A stretch of 33,435 nucleotides of DNA from Geosiphon pyriformis uo1 (Eukaryota > Fungi > Glomeromycota). The notes beneath the pieces were generated by a model. The model saw only the letters and a program-made list of their open reading frames with translations, had not been told where the DNA came from and searched no databases. Both the position numbers and the translations under genes were made by a program. The DNA lies in the NCBI GenBank assembly GCA_016748015.1, contig JAAOMT010000722.1:1-33435 (forward strand), in the 5' to 3' direction. Below, piece after piece: positions 12,785-25,754 of this stretch. The stretch's first letter is position 1. The number at the start of each line of letters is the position of its first letter.

Positions 12785-13052
12785 TTTTTTTATTAAATGT
12801 TTAACAAGTGAAACCCAACCACTATCTATTACACTATAACAATAAATGTTCTAAAATAGATGTGATTTATGCACTAACTACACGTAACCAGCCAATGTTA
12901 TACTACACGTTTATAAAGACAGTAACATTATTTCCAATACCCAAAAAAACAGGTACATCTTTACTATAACCAAAAGCAGTTGACAAATTCTCACGAACAC
13001 CTAACAAGTGGACAACACCCTTGAATAAAAAATTGACAAAACCCACCAAAAA
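12785..13052 (-). mobile_element. LINE 3'-end relic
   Basis: The minus frame reads FLVGFVNFLFKGVVHLLGVRENLSTAFGYSKDVPVFLGIGNNVTVFINV* (stop 12903-12905), similar to recalled Glomeromycota LINE C-termini. It is followed by a short 3' UTR ending ggttgggtttcacttgttaaa and an A-rich tail. Confidence 0.6.
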
Positions 13053-14523
13053 TAATTAAACATAATAATAGAGAATAATAATATTAAATATAAACAAAAA
13101 TAAAAATTTTATAAAAATATTAAAAATATATGATAATGCATGTCGGTCAATTCTTTTAGATTGAATTGATCATGTCATAACACCTGAGATTACATAATTT
13201 CTCAAGTTTTGGTTTCCGCGGAACCTCTCTAGAGAATTAAAAATTTCTTTCAATCTAACGATATTTAGCATATGATAAATATAATATTATAAAAATAGCA
13301 ATAAAACAATAAGAAACCTATGCACTCAAGTTAATTAAGGTTAAGTTAACTAAAGCCTAAATTAATTGATGACTCATTTTATTTTTTAATTAATCGGAGG
13401 TCCGAAAGTAAAATAGTTAAACTAGATATACTATTTTATTACTTTATAAATTTACTATAAATAAAAGCTTTTAATAAAACATCCTTTTCAAAGTTTAAAG
13501 AAAAGAAATTAATAAAATTCAACTAAATTCTATTCTTTTTATATTTATTGATACCATGGAAAATGTTGAAATTAAAAAAACCTCGTCTAAAAGCCCATAA
13601 TTGAAACGAGTGCAAAGAGCGTTAATGAACTATCAAACATAATTGAAGAGAAAATAATTGTGTTGCTTATTAAATTTTATTTATTAAAAAAAAAATTATC
13701 TGGATTTTTCAAGCTGTAATAAAGTATTTGATAAAATAATTAAAATTTATATTTTATATTTTATATATTTTACCCAATAATAAAAATATATATGGCAGAG
13801 TTAGTTATTATTTTTGAATTCTATTGAAAATTTTAAAAAATTAGTCAAGCAATATTTGATAAATTCATTAATTTAATTAGTACAAAAAATTATGGTAAAA
13901 TAACTATATAAAATAACAATAAAATTTACAAAATATTTTAAAAAATAATAAATGTATTTATTAAAAAACCAACATTATTATTATTATTATTATTATCATT
14001 ATTATTATTAATTCTAAACTTATTAAAAATTTTACTCATATTGTTTAATAATTTTTATTTAATTTATTTTTATTAATATTTTGTTAAATATTTTATATGA
14101 AAACAATTAATTTTTATTATTTTAAACTTTTTATTATTAATTTTTTTAGCAGTTGGGCTATATTCGTTAAAAAAAAATTTTTGGGAAAAATTTTTGCATT
14201 TTTCTGTATTTAACAAAATAAAAATTACAAAAAGCAGATATAAACAAAAAATTAGTAGTTAAAAAAAACTTTTTTTTTAATAAAACAATTCAATTTAATT
14301 GGTCTACTGTTACTAACCGAAATTTGAGATATTAATTAGCATGAAATTATTCTTATAATTTCTATCATTAACTAGCATATATTCTTGTTTCAATTTATTA
14401 CTTATTATATTATCAAATTATACAAATTATTATTCAATTAATAACCTGATTTGTACAGAACACAAATGTAACCAAATTGTAATGATCAAATCATGTAATA
14501 CACTAAACTATGTAACATTCAGA

Positions 14524-14637
14524 ATTCACTGAAATAATAGTAATTCGACGAAATATTCAACAATTTACTAAAATAATCTATAGTTCACAGAAATAACTTA
14601 TAATTTGACAAAATATATCTTTAGTTTGCTGAAATAT
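14524..14637. repeat. Six degenerate 14-bp motifs at about 20-bp period
   Basis: attcactgaaataa, attcgacgaaatat, atttactaaaataa, gttcacagaaataa, atttgacaaaatat and gtttgctgaaatat start at 14524, 14543, 14563, 14583, 14603 and 14624. Confidence 0.7.
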
Positions 14638-14980
14638 TAGAAAAAGAAAGAGTATTAAATTATAAAATAGTACTATAACAAGTTGTATAAAAAAAGAGCT
14701 TTTTTCTTTGAAAAAATATATCTTCTATTAGATATCTTAGTTTAAAATTATCATTTATCCTTAGAATAATTTTCTTTACAAATCAATTCCAATAAAACTT
14801 ACTTGAAAAACATAAAATTTCTTAATTAATATTGCTTTAAAATTAACCATTTTATACTAATATTTTGAAATTGATTAGCTATTAATTTCAGTAAACTGTG
14901 AGCAACTTCCAGGTTTGAATTCAAAATAACTTTCTTGACAGATTTTTTTATTTTTTTTTCTTTTATATTATTGGGTAGTC

Positions 14981-15104
14981 TACAGTCGAAATTTTCTATA
15001 GAAGAGTTAACTTTTACAGCAAAGTAACTACATACATTTTTAAAAAGCTTACAGATGAAATTTTTCTATAAAAAAATTGACTTTTACCACAAAGTAACTA
15101 TATA
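14981..15104. repeat. Two diverged ~54-bp direct repeats (69-bp period)
   Basis: tacagtcgaaattttctatagaagagttaacttttacagcaaagtaactacata at 14981 versus tacagatgaaatttttctataaaaaaattgacttttaccacaaagtaactatata at 15050. Confidence 0.8.
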
Positions 15105-16099
15105 ATTAATTGGCATAGAATTGGCCATTCTATTATAAGCCCAATAGCATATATGGTTTAAAGTATAAAGAAATATTTTGGAAAAAAAATTAGCTTATTA
15201 AAAATTCATCAACTTTTATTAACAACAGAATTAACAACAAAACAGCATTAACAACATTAAAAAAAGAGTAGAAAAATCTCCAATAACACCACAAACTGCT
15301 ATCTAAATATTAACACAGTTCATGTTTTTCTACATGTAACCAACCATCTAAGCCAATTAAGACCACAGTTAGGTACACAATCAACTATAAAAGTTATACT
15401 TAATCTTAAATGTCTTATTCTAAAAACACTTATGTAACAGCTCAGACTCACTATTTTATCTTTTTATATTAATCAATAGACCAATGTTAAAATTTTTGTT
15501 TTAATACAACATTTTCAAGATTTAATTTAAAATAATTATAAAACAAAAAGTATTAAATTTATTACAAGTTTAAATATTAAAAAAATGAAGCAATTTTTGA
15601 TAATATTTTACACAAATAAATATAGAATAAAAGTGATGTGCAAAATATATTCAGTTATCAAAAGATAAACTAATTAAATCATAAACTTTATGTTAACTAT
15701 TACTTATGAGTATAAATTTAAGATGATCAATGTAGATATTTTACTGTTCTAAAAGAAAGATTACACACAGGTTATGCATATCACAAATGGGGAAAATTAT
15801 CCCGATATTTCATATACAAATTTTTTTATCAAATCACAAATAGGAAAATTAATTTCTATTCTGAATTAATTTTATCCGATATTTCCAAAGAAATTTATAA
15901 GCGAAACTGGCAAACCTTTTTATTCTTAGATCTTCTATCAGACAAATGACGTTTTAAAGTTTGAGTAATTTTGGAAAAATGTATTTAAAAACACCTTGGC
16001 ACTTTTTTTTTTGAGGCATCTGAGATCTCAAAGTCAGATATAACAGCTACTTTTAATTCCTTTGAATATTCTTTTTCTAAATTTAATTTATCTTGCAAA

Positions 16100-17880
<1,781 letters not shown>

Positions 17881-19757
17881 CAACAATATTGAAATGTAGA
17901 AGTTGGAGTAGTGATTATTGGACTTGTCCTAATTGTAGTTAAAATAAAAGTTTTTTATTATATGAATAAATTAGCCAATTGTAACTTTTCTTTCTAAATA
18001 GCTTTCATTTTTGTCAAGATTTTGATAACAAATAATAAATAATAAATTAAATTTATTAAAAAGCAGTAATAGCATTGTTATAAAATGAAATAAAAACCAA
18101 AAAAACGTTTTTAGTCAATGTATCCGGATGTGAACACAAGAAATAATAGCATAATATCTAAAAGGTTGTATAAAAATTAATAACTCTAACCTGAAAATTA
18201 AAAGTAGATTTTCCGAAATAAATAATCTTTATTTCCTATTTGTTGTTTAACCTAATTATTTAAATAATAAGATAGAATTTGTTCAAATAATTTAAATTAA
18301 AATATTAAAAACTTTCCAATTTCGCATCTTGAGCGATTTTCCTATTTTTTTTTTGTAATAATTGAGATTTTTTTGCATACATGGTAATAATCTTTAAACA
18401 GAAATCAAAAATTTTATTAACAATGATTTTTAAAAACTATTTTTAAATAGACCAAAAAACGATTATTGACTCTTGTTTACGTGATTCTGAAGAGAGTGAT
18501 TACAATGTAAAGGTTTAATAATCTTTATAAGTCAATAAAAAAAAAAAAAAAAGATGAAAGATATAGAAATTTAATAAATTTAGTTTTAAAATTAATTAGT
18601 TATAAGAAAATAAAACTACAATTTGCAAATAACAACATAATTATACACATCAACGAATATTTAAAATTAAAGTTATACAGTTTATTTATGATTAATATTA
18701 AATATGTATTTTTGTTTTTTAAAAAAAAAAAATTTTTTTTGATTGCATTAAAAAACTACATAATATTTAAACTAGCTAATATATTATTTTTAAAATTTTT
18801 TAAAATTTTTGGTATATTATTTCTTAAACACAACTTTTTTAACTAAAGCTATATAAATTCTATTACTACTATTTATATTAAAATCTATGTATTTTAATAT
18901 TAAATTTTTTAAAATGTTAAAAATTAAAAATTTATTACCAAAAAAAATTACAACATAACTTTATATTTAAAAATACATAAAAATATATATTATCTAAAGA
19001 TTTAATATTATTATATATTAATATAATTTTTAACAGATTTTTTTACTATTATAAAATATTTAAATAAATGCGTACCATATCAACCAAAGAATTGGGAAAA
19101 TAATTTTTTTTTACATTTTTACACATTCAAATAAATAATACAAAAAGATTCAATATTTGTGTCAAATCATATTTATCAATTAACAAAGCTATTGTACAGT
19201 TTCAAGAAATTTAGCAGATTCTTTATCCCCCCCTTCTCCTTCTCCTCCTTCTCTCCTTTTATGCTTTTCCAGTAAGCACGAATTCTTGCGTATCCGTTAA
19301 ACGTATCATTGTCTCAGGGGATTCAAAAAGAATTTTTATCATTTAAAAATATTACACACCTCTTAATATAACAATCTGTCTAACTTTCCCTCCTCCTTTG
19401 AAATCAATAAAGCTAGTAAACCATTGTCTAAAATTAATTGAAATTACTCCTGATTTTTCATGAAAACCATGTATAATAATATTTATATTTGCGGTTCATT
19501 ACTTGTTGCGAAGTGGAATTATCTACAGATTTACTTCATTTTTTTCCAACAGTATACTTTTATAAATAAGTTAACCATTCAAAAGTTAACAAGTCATCAA
19601 GGAGGCATTGAATCAAAATGGCCTACTTTAATTTTCGAGATTTTGAACTAAATATCAGTAAAGGGAATAAAAATGTATTGTAAAGAATCGTGAAAATGCA
19701 TGTTTTGATTAAGAAACAGTTATCCTAAAGATCATCCATTTAAATTGTTAAGAATTG

Positions 19758-20948
19758 TCACAATCGAACCGTCGTGATAAATTCCTCAATCAAATCAACA
19801 TTGGCGTCACGTAAAATGTCTTTATAAGCCTCAGTCTCCCGAATAAATCTCCACTTTTTCCTTGTGAAACGATAAACAGCCTGGCGTAATTGAAAAACAT
19901 CGCTTTCCCAAGCAAACAATAATAAATTGTCCCATGTCTCATCGTTAATTAATGCTGCCATTCGGGCAATGATAAAGTCGATTAATTCATGAATGGCATC
20001 AATCTTAAGAGTTTTACGCATCTCTGCATCATTAAACAGTTTTTTGAGTTTAGCCACTTTGACGAGTTCCCCATCTCCAGTGATTTCCATCAGTGTCCCC
20101 GAATACAGATAATAAAGAATTGAATAAAATGTATCATAATCGACATCATGAACTGGAACGGGATTCTCTTGAAGTTTCCAATCATTCTTAATCAAAGTTT
20201 TAAAATAATGCGACCTCTCAGTCAAGATAAGTTGATGTGCATATATAACCTTTTCTTCCACTAAAAACTTGATATCACTGAATGTAGGATTATTCAAAGC
20301 TTGTCCGAAAGGTAGAAACTTTGCTGATTTGTTCAATACCGCTGATTGCTCTTCTACTTCATCACCATCATCACACCCAGGTTTCGGTGTGATGATAACA
20401 ACGTGCACAATTAAGGTATCATCATCAAAATGATGATGATGGTGAGGGAATAAAACTTTAATTTCTTGGCTGGCTGCATTGTTCGTTATTTTCTCACTTA
20501 ATGAAGTCTTTGGACAAAAATTTGGCCACCCCCAAGCTGGTTTCACTTTTAGAAACTCGTGACGTTCCGTACGTCTTTTCACCACTCGAACTGTACGCTC
20601 TTCTCCTTGTTGTACTGGGATGAAGAGACCAATGTAAAAGTTTACGTTCACTCTTGCACTAGCTGAGGCATCGTTAGGGAATATAGATTCCAGGTACAAG
20701 CTTAAATGGCCACCTTCAGAGTTATCAACATTACCATTTGGGTGAAGCTTGAGACGCCAATTCAGAGGTTTATAAGTACAACTGTTTTCCCCGTCAAACA
20801 TGCAAACGTTACAGTCCCATATCGGACTCTGTAGATACTGAGGTTTTGGTGTAAGAAGACAAACTTTGCTGAATTCAGGTATTACCCAGGTGTAGTGATG
20901 AATGATACTGGCGCCAATTGTAGGAAGCTCGTCAGTTAGGCTCTCCAT
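19758..20948 (-). CDS. MATH-BTB/POZ protein (SPOP-like Cullin3 adaptor), single exon
   Basis: 396-aa ORF with MATH motifs (YTWVIPEFS, WRLKLHPNG, HLSLYL, WGWPNF) followed by BTB motifs (FSDIKFLVEEKVIYAHQLILTERSHYF, FYSILYYLYSG). Confidence 0.93.
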   Translation of the reverse strand: MESLTDELPTIGASIIHHYTWVIPEFSKVCLLTPKPQYLQSPIWDCNVCMFDGENSCTYKPLNWRLKLHPNGNVDNSEGGHLSLYLESIFPNDASASARVNVNFYIGLFIPVQQGEERTVRVVKRRTERHEFLKVKPAWGWPNFCPKTSLSEKITNNAASQEIKVLFPHHHHHFDDDTLIVHVVIITPKPGCDDGDEVEEQSAVLNKSAKFLPFGQALNNPTFSDIKFLVEEKVIYAHQLILTERSHYFKTLIKNDWKLQENPVPVHDVDYDTFYSILYYLYSGTLMEITGDGELVKVAKLKKLFNDAEMRKTLKIDAIHELIDFIIARMAALINDETWDNLLLFAWESDVFQLRQAVYRFTRKKWRFIRETEAYKDILRDANVDLIEEFITTVRL

Positions 20949-21057
20949 GTCTCAAGTTCAAAGATTTGTATATTTTTGACCAATAATATCATCCGGCAAA
21001 ATTGTGATTCCGCTGATAAGCTCCTCTTAAGCCTTATATGGGGACAAAGTGAACATG

Positions 21058-21065
21058 TGACGTCA
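21058..21065. promoter_or_regulatory. Palindromic CRE (TGACGTCA) inside the left TIR, 110 bp upstream of the MATH-BTB start
   Basis: Exact ATF/CREB consensus, with a second copy at 26093-26100 in the right TIR. Function is unproven. Confidence 0.3.
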
Positions 21066-21429
21066 TACGAGCATCCCAACTCATAGTTCTTTACCTCTTC
21101 TCTTTCTTCGGCAATTGCTCTTGTAAGTCGTTTATTTGCGTCTCATAAAAAACAGTCATTCCTCCAGATTAGATAAAAGCGGAAGTTCTTTTTCCCCACC
21201 TCACAACCACAAACATGCTTACCATTAAAAAAATCTAAGTCGGTTTAACTTTTATGCTAGCGATTAATTTTTGCTCCTGTGTTTTCTTCTTTTCTATCAA
21301 TTGGTTAATGAAATATTCGGGAGAAGAGAAAATTCAGATAGTACGCGTGATATGCAAAGCTGATAGAAGGGTCTGGAAATAATCTTCCATGTAATTATTA
21401 GTTTTTTGTTAATTACTTCTTGATAAGAA

Positions 21430-22487
21430 ACTTACCATTTAATAATGTTTTTGAGCATTAACCATAATTATTTTTTCAAGCTGAATTCCCTTACTTACAT
21501 TATAATTATTCCTATAAGAAAAATAATTAGTTGGTTTATTACTTTCACTAATAGCTCTTTTTTTAGCATTTATTAAATTATATAATTCTTGCTTTTATTC
21601 TTCACTATAAGGGGAGAATTAGTAATTTTCTTTTCGTAAAGTTACTATTTCTTCTTTTTTGGTTCAGATTTTCTACTTCGGTTAGTAAATCAGAATATAG
21701 TTTTTTATAATCTAGGCCATCTTCTTTTGAAGCGGGGAGCGGAGTATCTTCTTCGGGATTATCCTCTTCTTCTTCGGTTAATATTTATAATTAACTTTCT
21801 CTTGAACTAACTTAATCAGTTTTTTTCTCTTAATTCAAGGGGATTACCTGCTAAAGAAAATTGTTTAAAAAAATTAGCCGTTCAAAACTGCCCTGAACTT
21901 AACTTTTTTAGATTTTACTGCCCAAGCTTTTTTTATGAGTGTGGCTCATCCAGATTTATACCTTAATAAAAGCAGTCTTTCTAGTTTACAAAGACTATTC
22001 GTTAGCAAAAAAAAGTAATTTCTTTTTAGAAAAGCAAGGGCTTACTGAAACGATTACTTATCAGAAAATTTTAAAATTTTTGAACAAAGGAATTGGCACA
22101 ATACAATTCTTTTAAATTTTTTAAACCACTAACATCTAAGTCTTTAAGAAAACCAAGTTGTCAAATATAATCAAAAAATTCAAAACAATAAAGACTTTCA
22201 AAGTTTACCAAGTTCTTTACTTCTGGAAATTTATCAGAAGGATTGTTATCACAAACCAAATGTTTCAAAGCCAGATTGTTACTTAAATCTAAATTTTTTA
22301 ATTACATTTTCCAGTCTTCAAACTTGATTAAAACCTGATAAATCTAGAAAAGATAAGGACAATTTTTTAACTTTTAATTTAATTTCAGTTATTTTGGAGT
22401 TATAATAAAATTCTTATTACTTAAAACTTTAATGGTATGTTAGTGAAATTTTCACTTTAAATCTAAACTTGTTAATTTAACAATAAA

Positions 22488-22526
<39 letters not shown>

Positions 22527-22680
22527 GCTATTGTTATTGTTATTGTTATTATTATATTCTAAGACTATGAAATTTGCTAATTTATTAACATTAAATTAAT
22601 ATAACTATTATTAAAACAGTAAAGTTTTTTAATTTTAAGACAATTAGTAATAATTAATTTTTTCAAAATAAGTTTTAACT
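21430..22680 (-). pseudogene. Decayed leucine-rich-repeat gene(s), resembling Mollicutes-related endobacterial LRRs
   Basis: Minus-strand fragments read LKKLIITNCLKIKKLYCFNN, KLTSLDLK, FLDLSGFN and LDLSNNLALKHLVCDNNP...VKNLVNFESLYC...DYI(TGA)QLGFLKDLDVSGLKNLKELYCANS (22292-22071). An acidic linker EEEEDNPEEDTP follows, then MVNAQK at 21465. Confidence 0.6.
22489..22558. repeat. (TTA/TTG)n microsatellite
   Basis: Directly visible. Confidence 0.9.
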
Positions 22681-23099
22681 TTTTTGATAGTTTTATTTTT
22701 CTTTTTTTCTTTTTTTCTTTTAAAATTATTTTTTGATTATGTAAAGTAATAATTTTTTTAAATTAAAAACAGTTTTTAATTTTGTAAAAAAGTTTTTAAT
22801 AATTAATTTATTTTTTAAAATTTGCTAAGAAATTTTTAATATTTTTTTTTATGCTTATTAATATTATTTAAGTATTTTTTATTATATTTAACTTAATTAA
22901 GTTTTTAATCAGTATTGATTTTTATATTTTATTTATTAAAAATATTGATTAAATTGGTTTTAAACAAAAAAGCAATTATTGTAATAAAAATATTTCTGGT
23001 AATTTAATTTTATAGAAAAAAACACTTATATCAAAAATAACAAAATCTTAATTTTTAATAGCAAATTTAAGTTTTAAATTTTTTGGTTTTTAATAATTT

Positions 23100-23933
23100 G
23101 CATTCTTGAAAAAGCCATAAACAAATTCTTGGAATTTTCGCAAACCTAATAATTTTTAAAAATAAATTTCCAAACCACTTATAATAACAAAATATTGAAT
23201 TTATACAATTTACCTTGGTTTACAAAAAAACTTTTAATCAAAACAAAACTATTATTAAAGTTTAATTCAATACTTTCATAATACCCACAAATTACCAAAT
23301 GCAAATAAAACCAAAGTGGTATTATTTTTCTTTTGTCCACCCACATTGTCACAAGTAACTTTTAAATGCTTTTCTCTTTTATTCAATTGCTTAATTCCAT
23401 TGAAAACTTAACTAAGTGTACCATTTGAACCTTTTCCAAGAAGTTCATTCTTGTCAACAACATCATTAATTTGTTCACGAAACACTTCATCTTGGATACC
23501 AAACAAATGCATTTTGCGAGCACTAAGATAATACACCTTGCCAATCTGTTGATCTGAATGGGGCACATGAACATTTTGGGCCCAGTCGTAACTGTAATAA
23601 ACGGTAGCATCAACGCTGCGATATTGAGCCTTAACATGTGTCGGTGAATGTTGATTGACGAGCTTCCTTTGTTCTGCCAATTTGGTATTTTTGTTATAAT
23701 AATTCTTCTCTAACTTGGCTTTGGCTAGATGATCTTTAATAAATCTCAGCCTCTTCCTCTTTACAAGCTTTGAATTGCAAGTCATTCTGTAAATTTTGAC
23801 AAGTGTCGCATAAATCAGTTCGGGGGCTCATGATTTGGATATGCAGAGTTAGCTGATGCCACAATTTGCGAAAAGCATCATAATTCAAGACGCGCAAAGG
23901 GCTATCTTCTAGACCAGCCAGGTAATCATGCAT
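23100..23933 (-). pseudogene. Sola2-like DDE transposase relic
   Basis: Frameshifted peptides FRKLWHQL..HIQIMSPRTDLCDTC, YSYDWAQNVHVPHSDQQIGKVYYLSARKMHLFG, GKGSNGTLS, LKVTCDNVGGQKKNN and YESIELNF. The DxAQ and DNxxGQNKN catalytic motifs are recognisable; the GHTK region appears deleted. Confidence 0.8.
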
Positions 23934-23989
23934 ATTTCACTGCTAGCATGTCATCTTTTTACAACTTTTAATCGTTAATGTGTATAGAC

Positions 23990-24746
23990 CTTGGTTAACC
24001 TTGACCTCAACGAGGAGAGCGGGGATTATGAGGATCTTATAGCTGGGTCGGAAACAAGAACAGATCAGGATGAGGTACAAGTACAATAGCCTCCCTTGAA
24101 GATGATTTAGTCATTGATCTTCTAATTCTTCTTTCACTTGCCAGGAGGAAAGCGCTGATGACATAAAGGTTGAGTTGAACAAGAAGTATATGAAGTTATC
24201 AAATGATCAAAAGTGGAAGCTTCCATCAGGTAAATACGAAGACATTTTTTACGAATGTGGTAAAAATTTACCCTATGTAAGGTGAGTGTCTGAAATGATG
24301 TACCTGGAAGTCCATTGTCAGGCTGCAGTCTGACTGTGCCTGTGCACTCATATTCTATCAGCGTGGTGCATAGCTTCATCATCGATATCAGCAAGACAAT
24401 CATGAATCTCTTCAGCGAGGAGGATCAAGATCAGATCACGACCCATAACGTTCTACGTGATCCAGAAATAGATAACGAGCTAATGGAATATCTGCTCAAT
24501 TATCGCAAAGTGAGTATTATTGTCAAGCTCAAATAGGAAGACGCGTATAAATTAAAACGGCTCTTCCGCATTCTCTAGATCCAACCTCAGGAAATGTGTG
24601 AAGTCATAAACGCGGGGATAAAAATCTCGCCCTATGATGCCAAGAAACATTTTAATTCTCATTATATTCATCAGGCCTTTCCGCAACTGTGAGTGATTGG
24701 GCTACATTCTGGGTGTATATTATTATTGATGTCTTTCATCTTATTA

Positions 24747-24789
<43 letters not shown>

Positions 24790-25754
24790 GATTTCTTTCC
24801 GTTTCGTGAATTTTGTTGCTATTAGGCTTCCCAGATACGAGCTGCGATCTAACGATTTTACTATGTCCCATCTGGAGGGATGGTTCACCAGCAACATCTG
24901 GAGCGTTATCATTGACCCCTGTTTCGTCGATGTCGAGACCGTAGAGTTTATTCAGTAAGCAATGCTGTTTATGTTCTGTTCTCACTTTTCAGTTTCAGGT
25001 CCTGTTATATATATATAAATCTTTCTTTTCAGAGGCGAAGGCTGTTCCCGTGCATCCGGAAAACGGAAGAATTCTGCGAGAGCTCAGAGACTAGGATGTT
25101 ACTCGGATACAAATGCGATGGGATAGTGCGGGAGTTAGAATCACCTGAGGAATTTGCAGTTAGCGAGGAAGGTCGGAATTGGACTGGAGAAGACGGCACG
25201 AAGTATTTGGTGGATGGGGGCCTGAAGATCTCCAAAATTATGCGGGATATGTTACATCAAAAATTGAGAAAGGGGTGTAATGTTGGGAGGTCTCGCAAGA
25301 TAGAAATCGTCGGCTTTCTACATTCTGGTAAATATCTTTGCTAATACGGTTTCCTTGTGTCTTCACTGGGTATACTGATTAATACGATTATATTACACCC
25401 AACATCTTCAAGTACTTACGATGGGTACTCCGGCCGGGTACATGTGCCAACTTCGAAGTTATACCTCTACGAAGGTCCCACCGACCCTTCATGATTCATC
25501 AGGTGCTCATCGGGAAAGTATGTTTCCTAAATTGTAATATATTTTTAGCCAATATCGCCATACTTACAGTTTGCGATTTACCCCAGCTTCGAAGTCTGGG
25601 TTCGAGCTGTGTACAACTCACCAGCAACCAAGTGTTGAAGGAACGCTTGAAAAAAAAGCCCATCAAGCTGCAAGCACACGACGATTACGACTTCCCAGAC
25701 ACACAGCGTACTCCCAAAAAAAATGGATTAAGAGGTTCATCGTGTAGAGGTTGA
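23990..25754 (+). pseudogene. Multi-exon Crinkler-effector-like PD-(D/E)XK nuclease gene, frameshifted
   Basis: Spliced fragments KWKLPSGKY.EDI, VHSFIID, LEGWFTSNIWSVIID, GEGCSRASGKRKN, GYKCDGIVR, EFAVSEEG, GTKYLVDGGLKISKIMRDML, IVGFLHSG and PAGYMC. Frameshifts occur near 24250 and 25085. No N-terminus was found. Confidence 0.7.

Larger units (their letters stand above)
7213..15950. other. Extremely AT-rich intergenic tract of decayed repeats
   Basis: Long stretches almost devoid of G and C. The ORF track lists only kinase relics here. LINE-end and TIR-like remnants are scattered through it. Confidence 0.85.

Noticed and set aside
13140-13410. Short GC-richer island, possible ncRNA
   Set aside because: No tRNA, snRNA or rRNA signature or convincing fold was recognisable by eye.
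14524-14637. CRISPR-like repeat-spacer array
   Set aside because: The repeats are degenerate 14-mers with 5-7-bp spacers, the context is eukaryotic, and there are no cas genes.
19200-19700. Possible small gene downstream of MATH-BTB (ORF 19460-19651 and short minus frames)
   Set aside because: No recognisable motif or consistent splice structure; more likely 3' UTR or intergenic DNA.
24282-24694. GTGAGT splice donors as evidence that the nuclease gene is foreign
   Set aside because: The host TTC39-like gene also uses GTGAGT donors (near 1245 and 1490), so this does not discriminate.
24689-24958. Poly-Leu signal-peptide-like ORF
   Set aside because: The Leu run is an intronic (TTA)n microsatellite; only the 3' part is exon.
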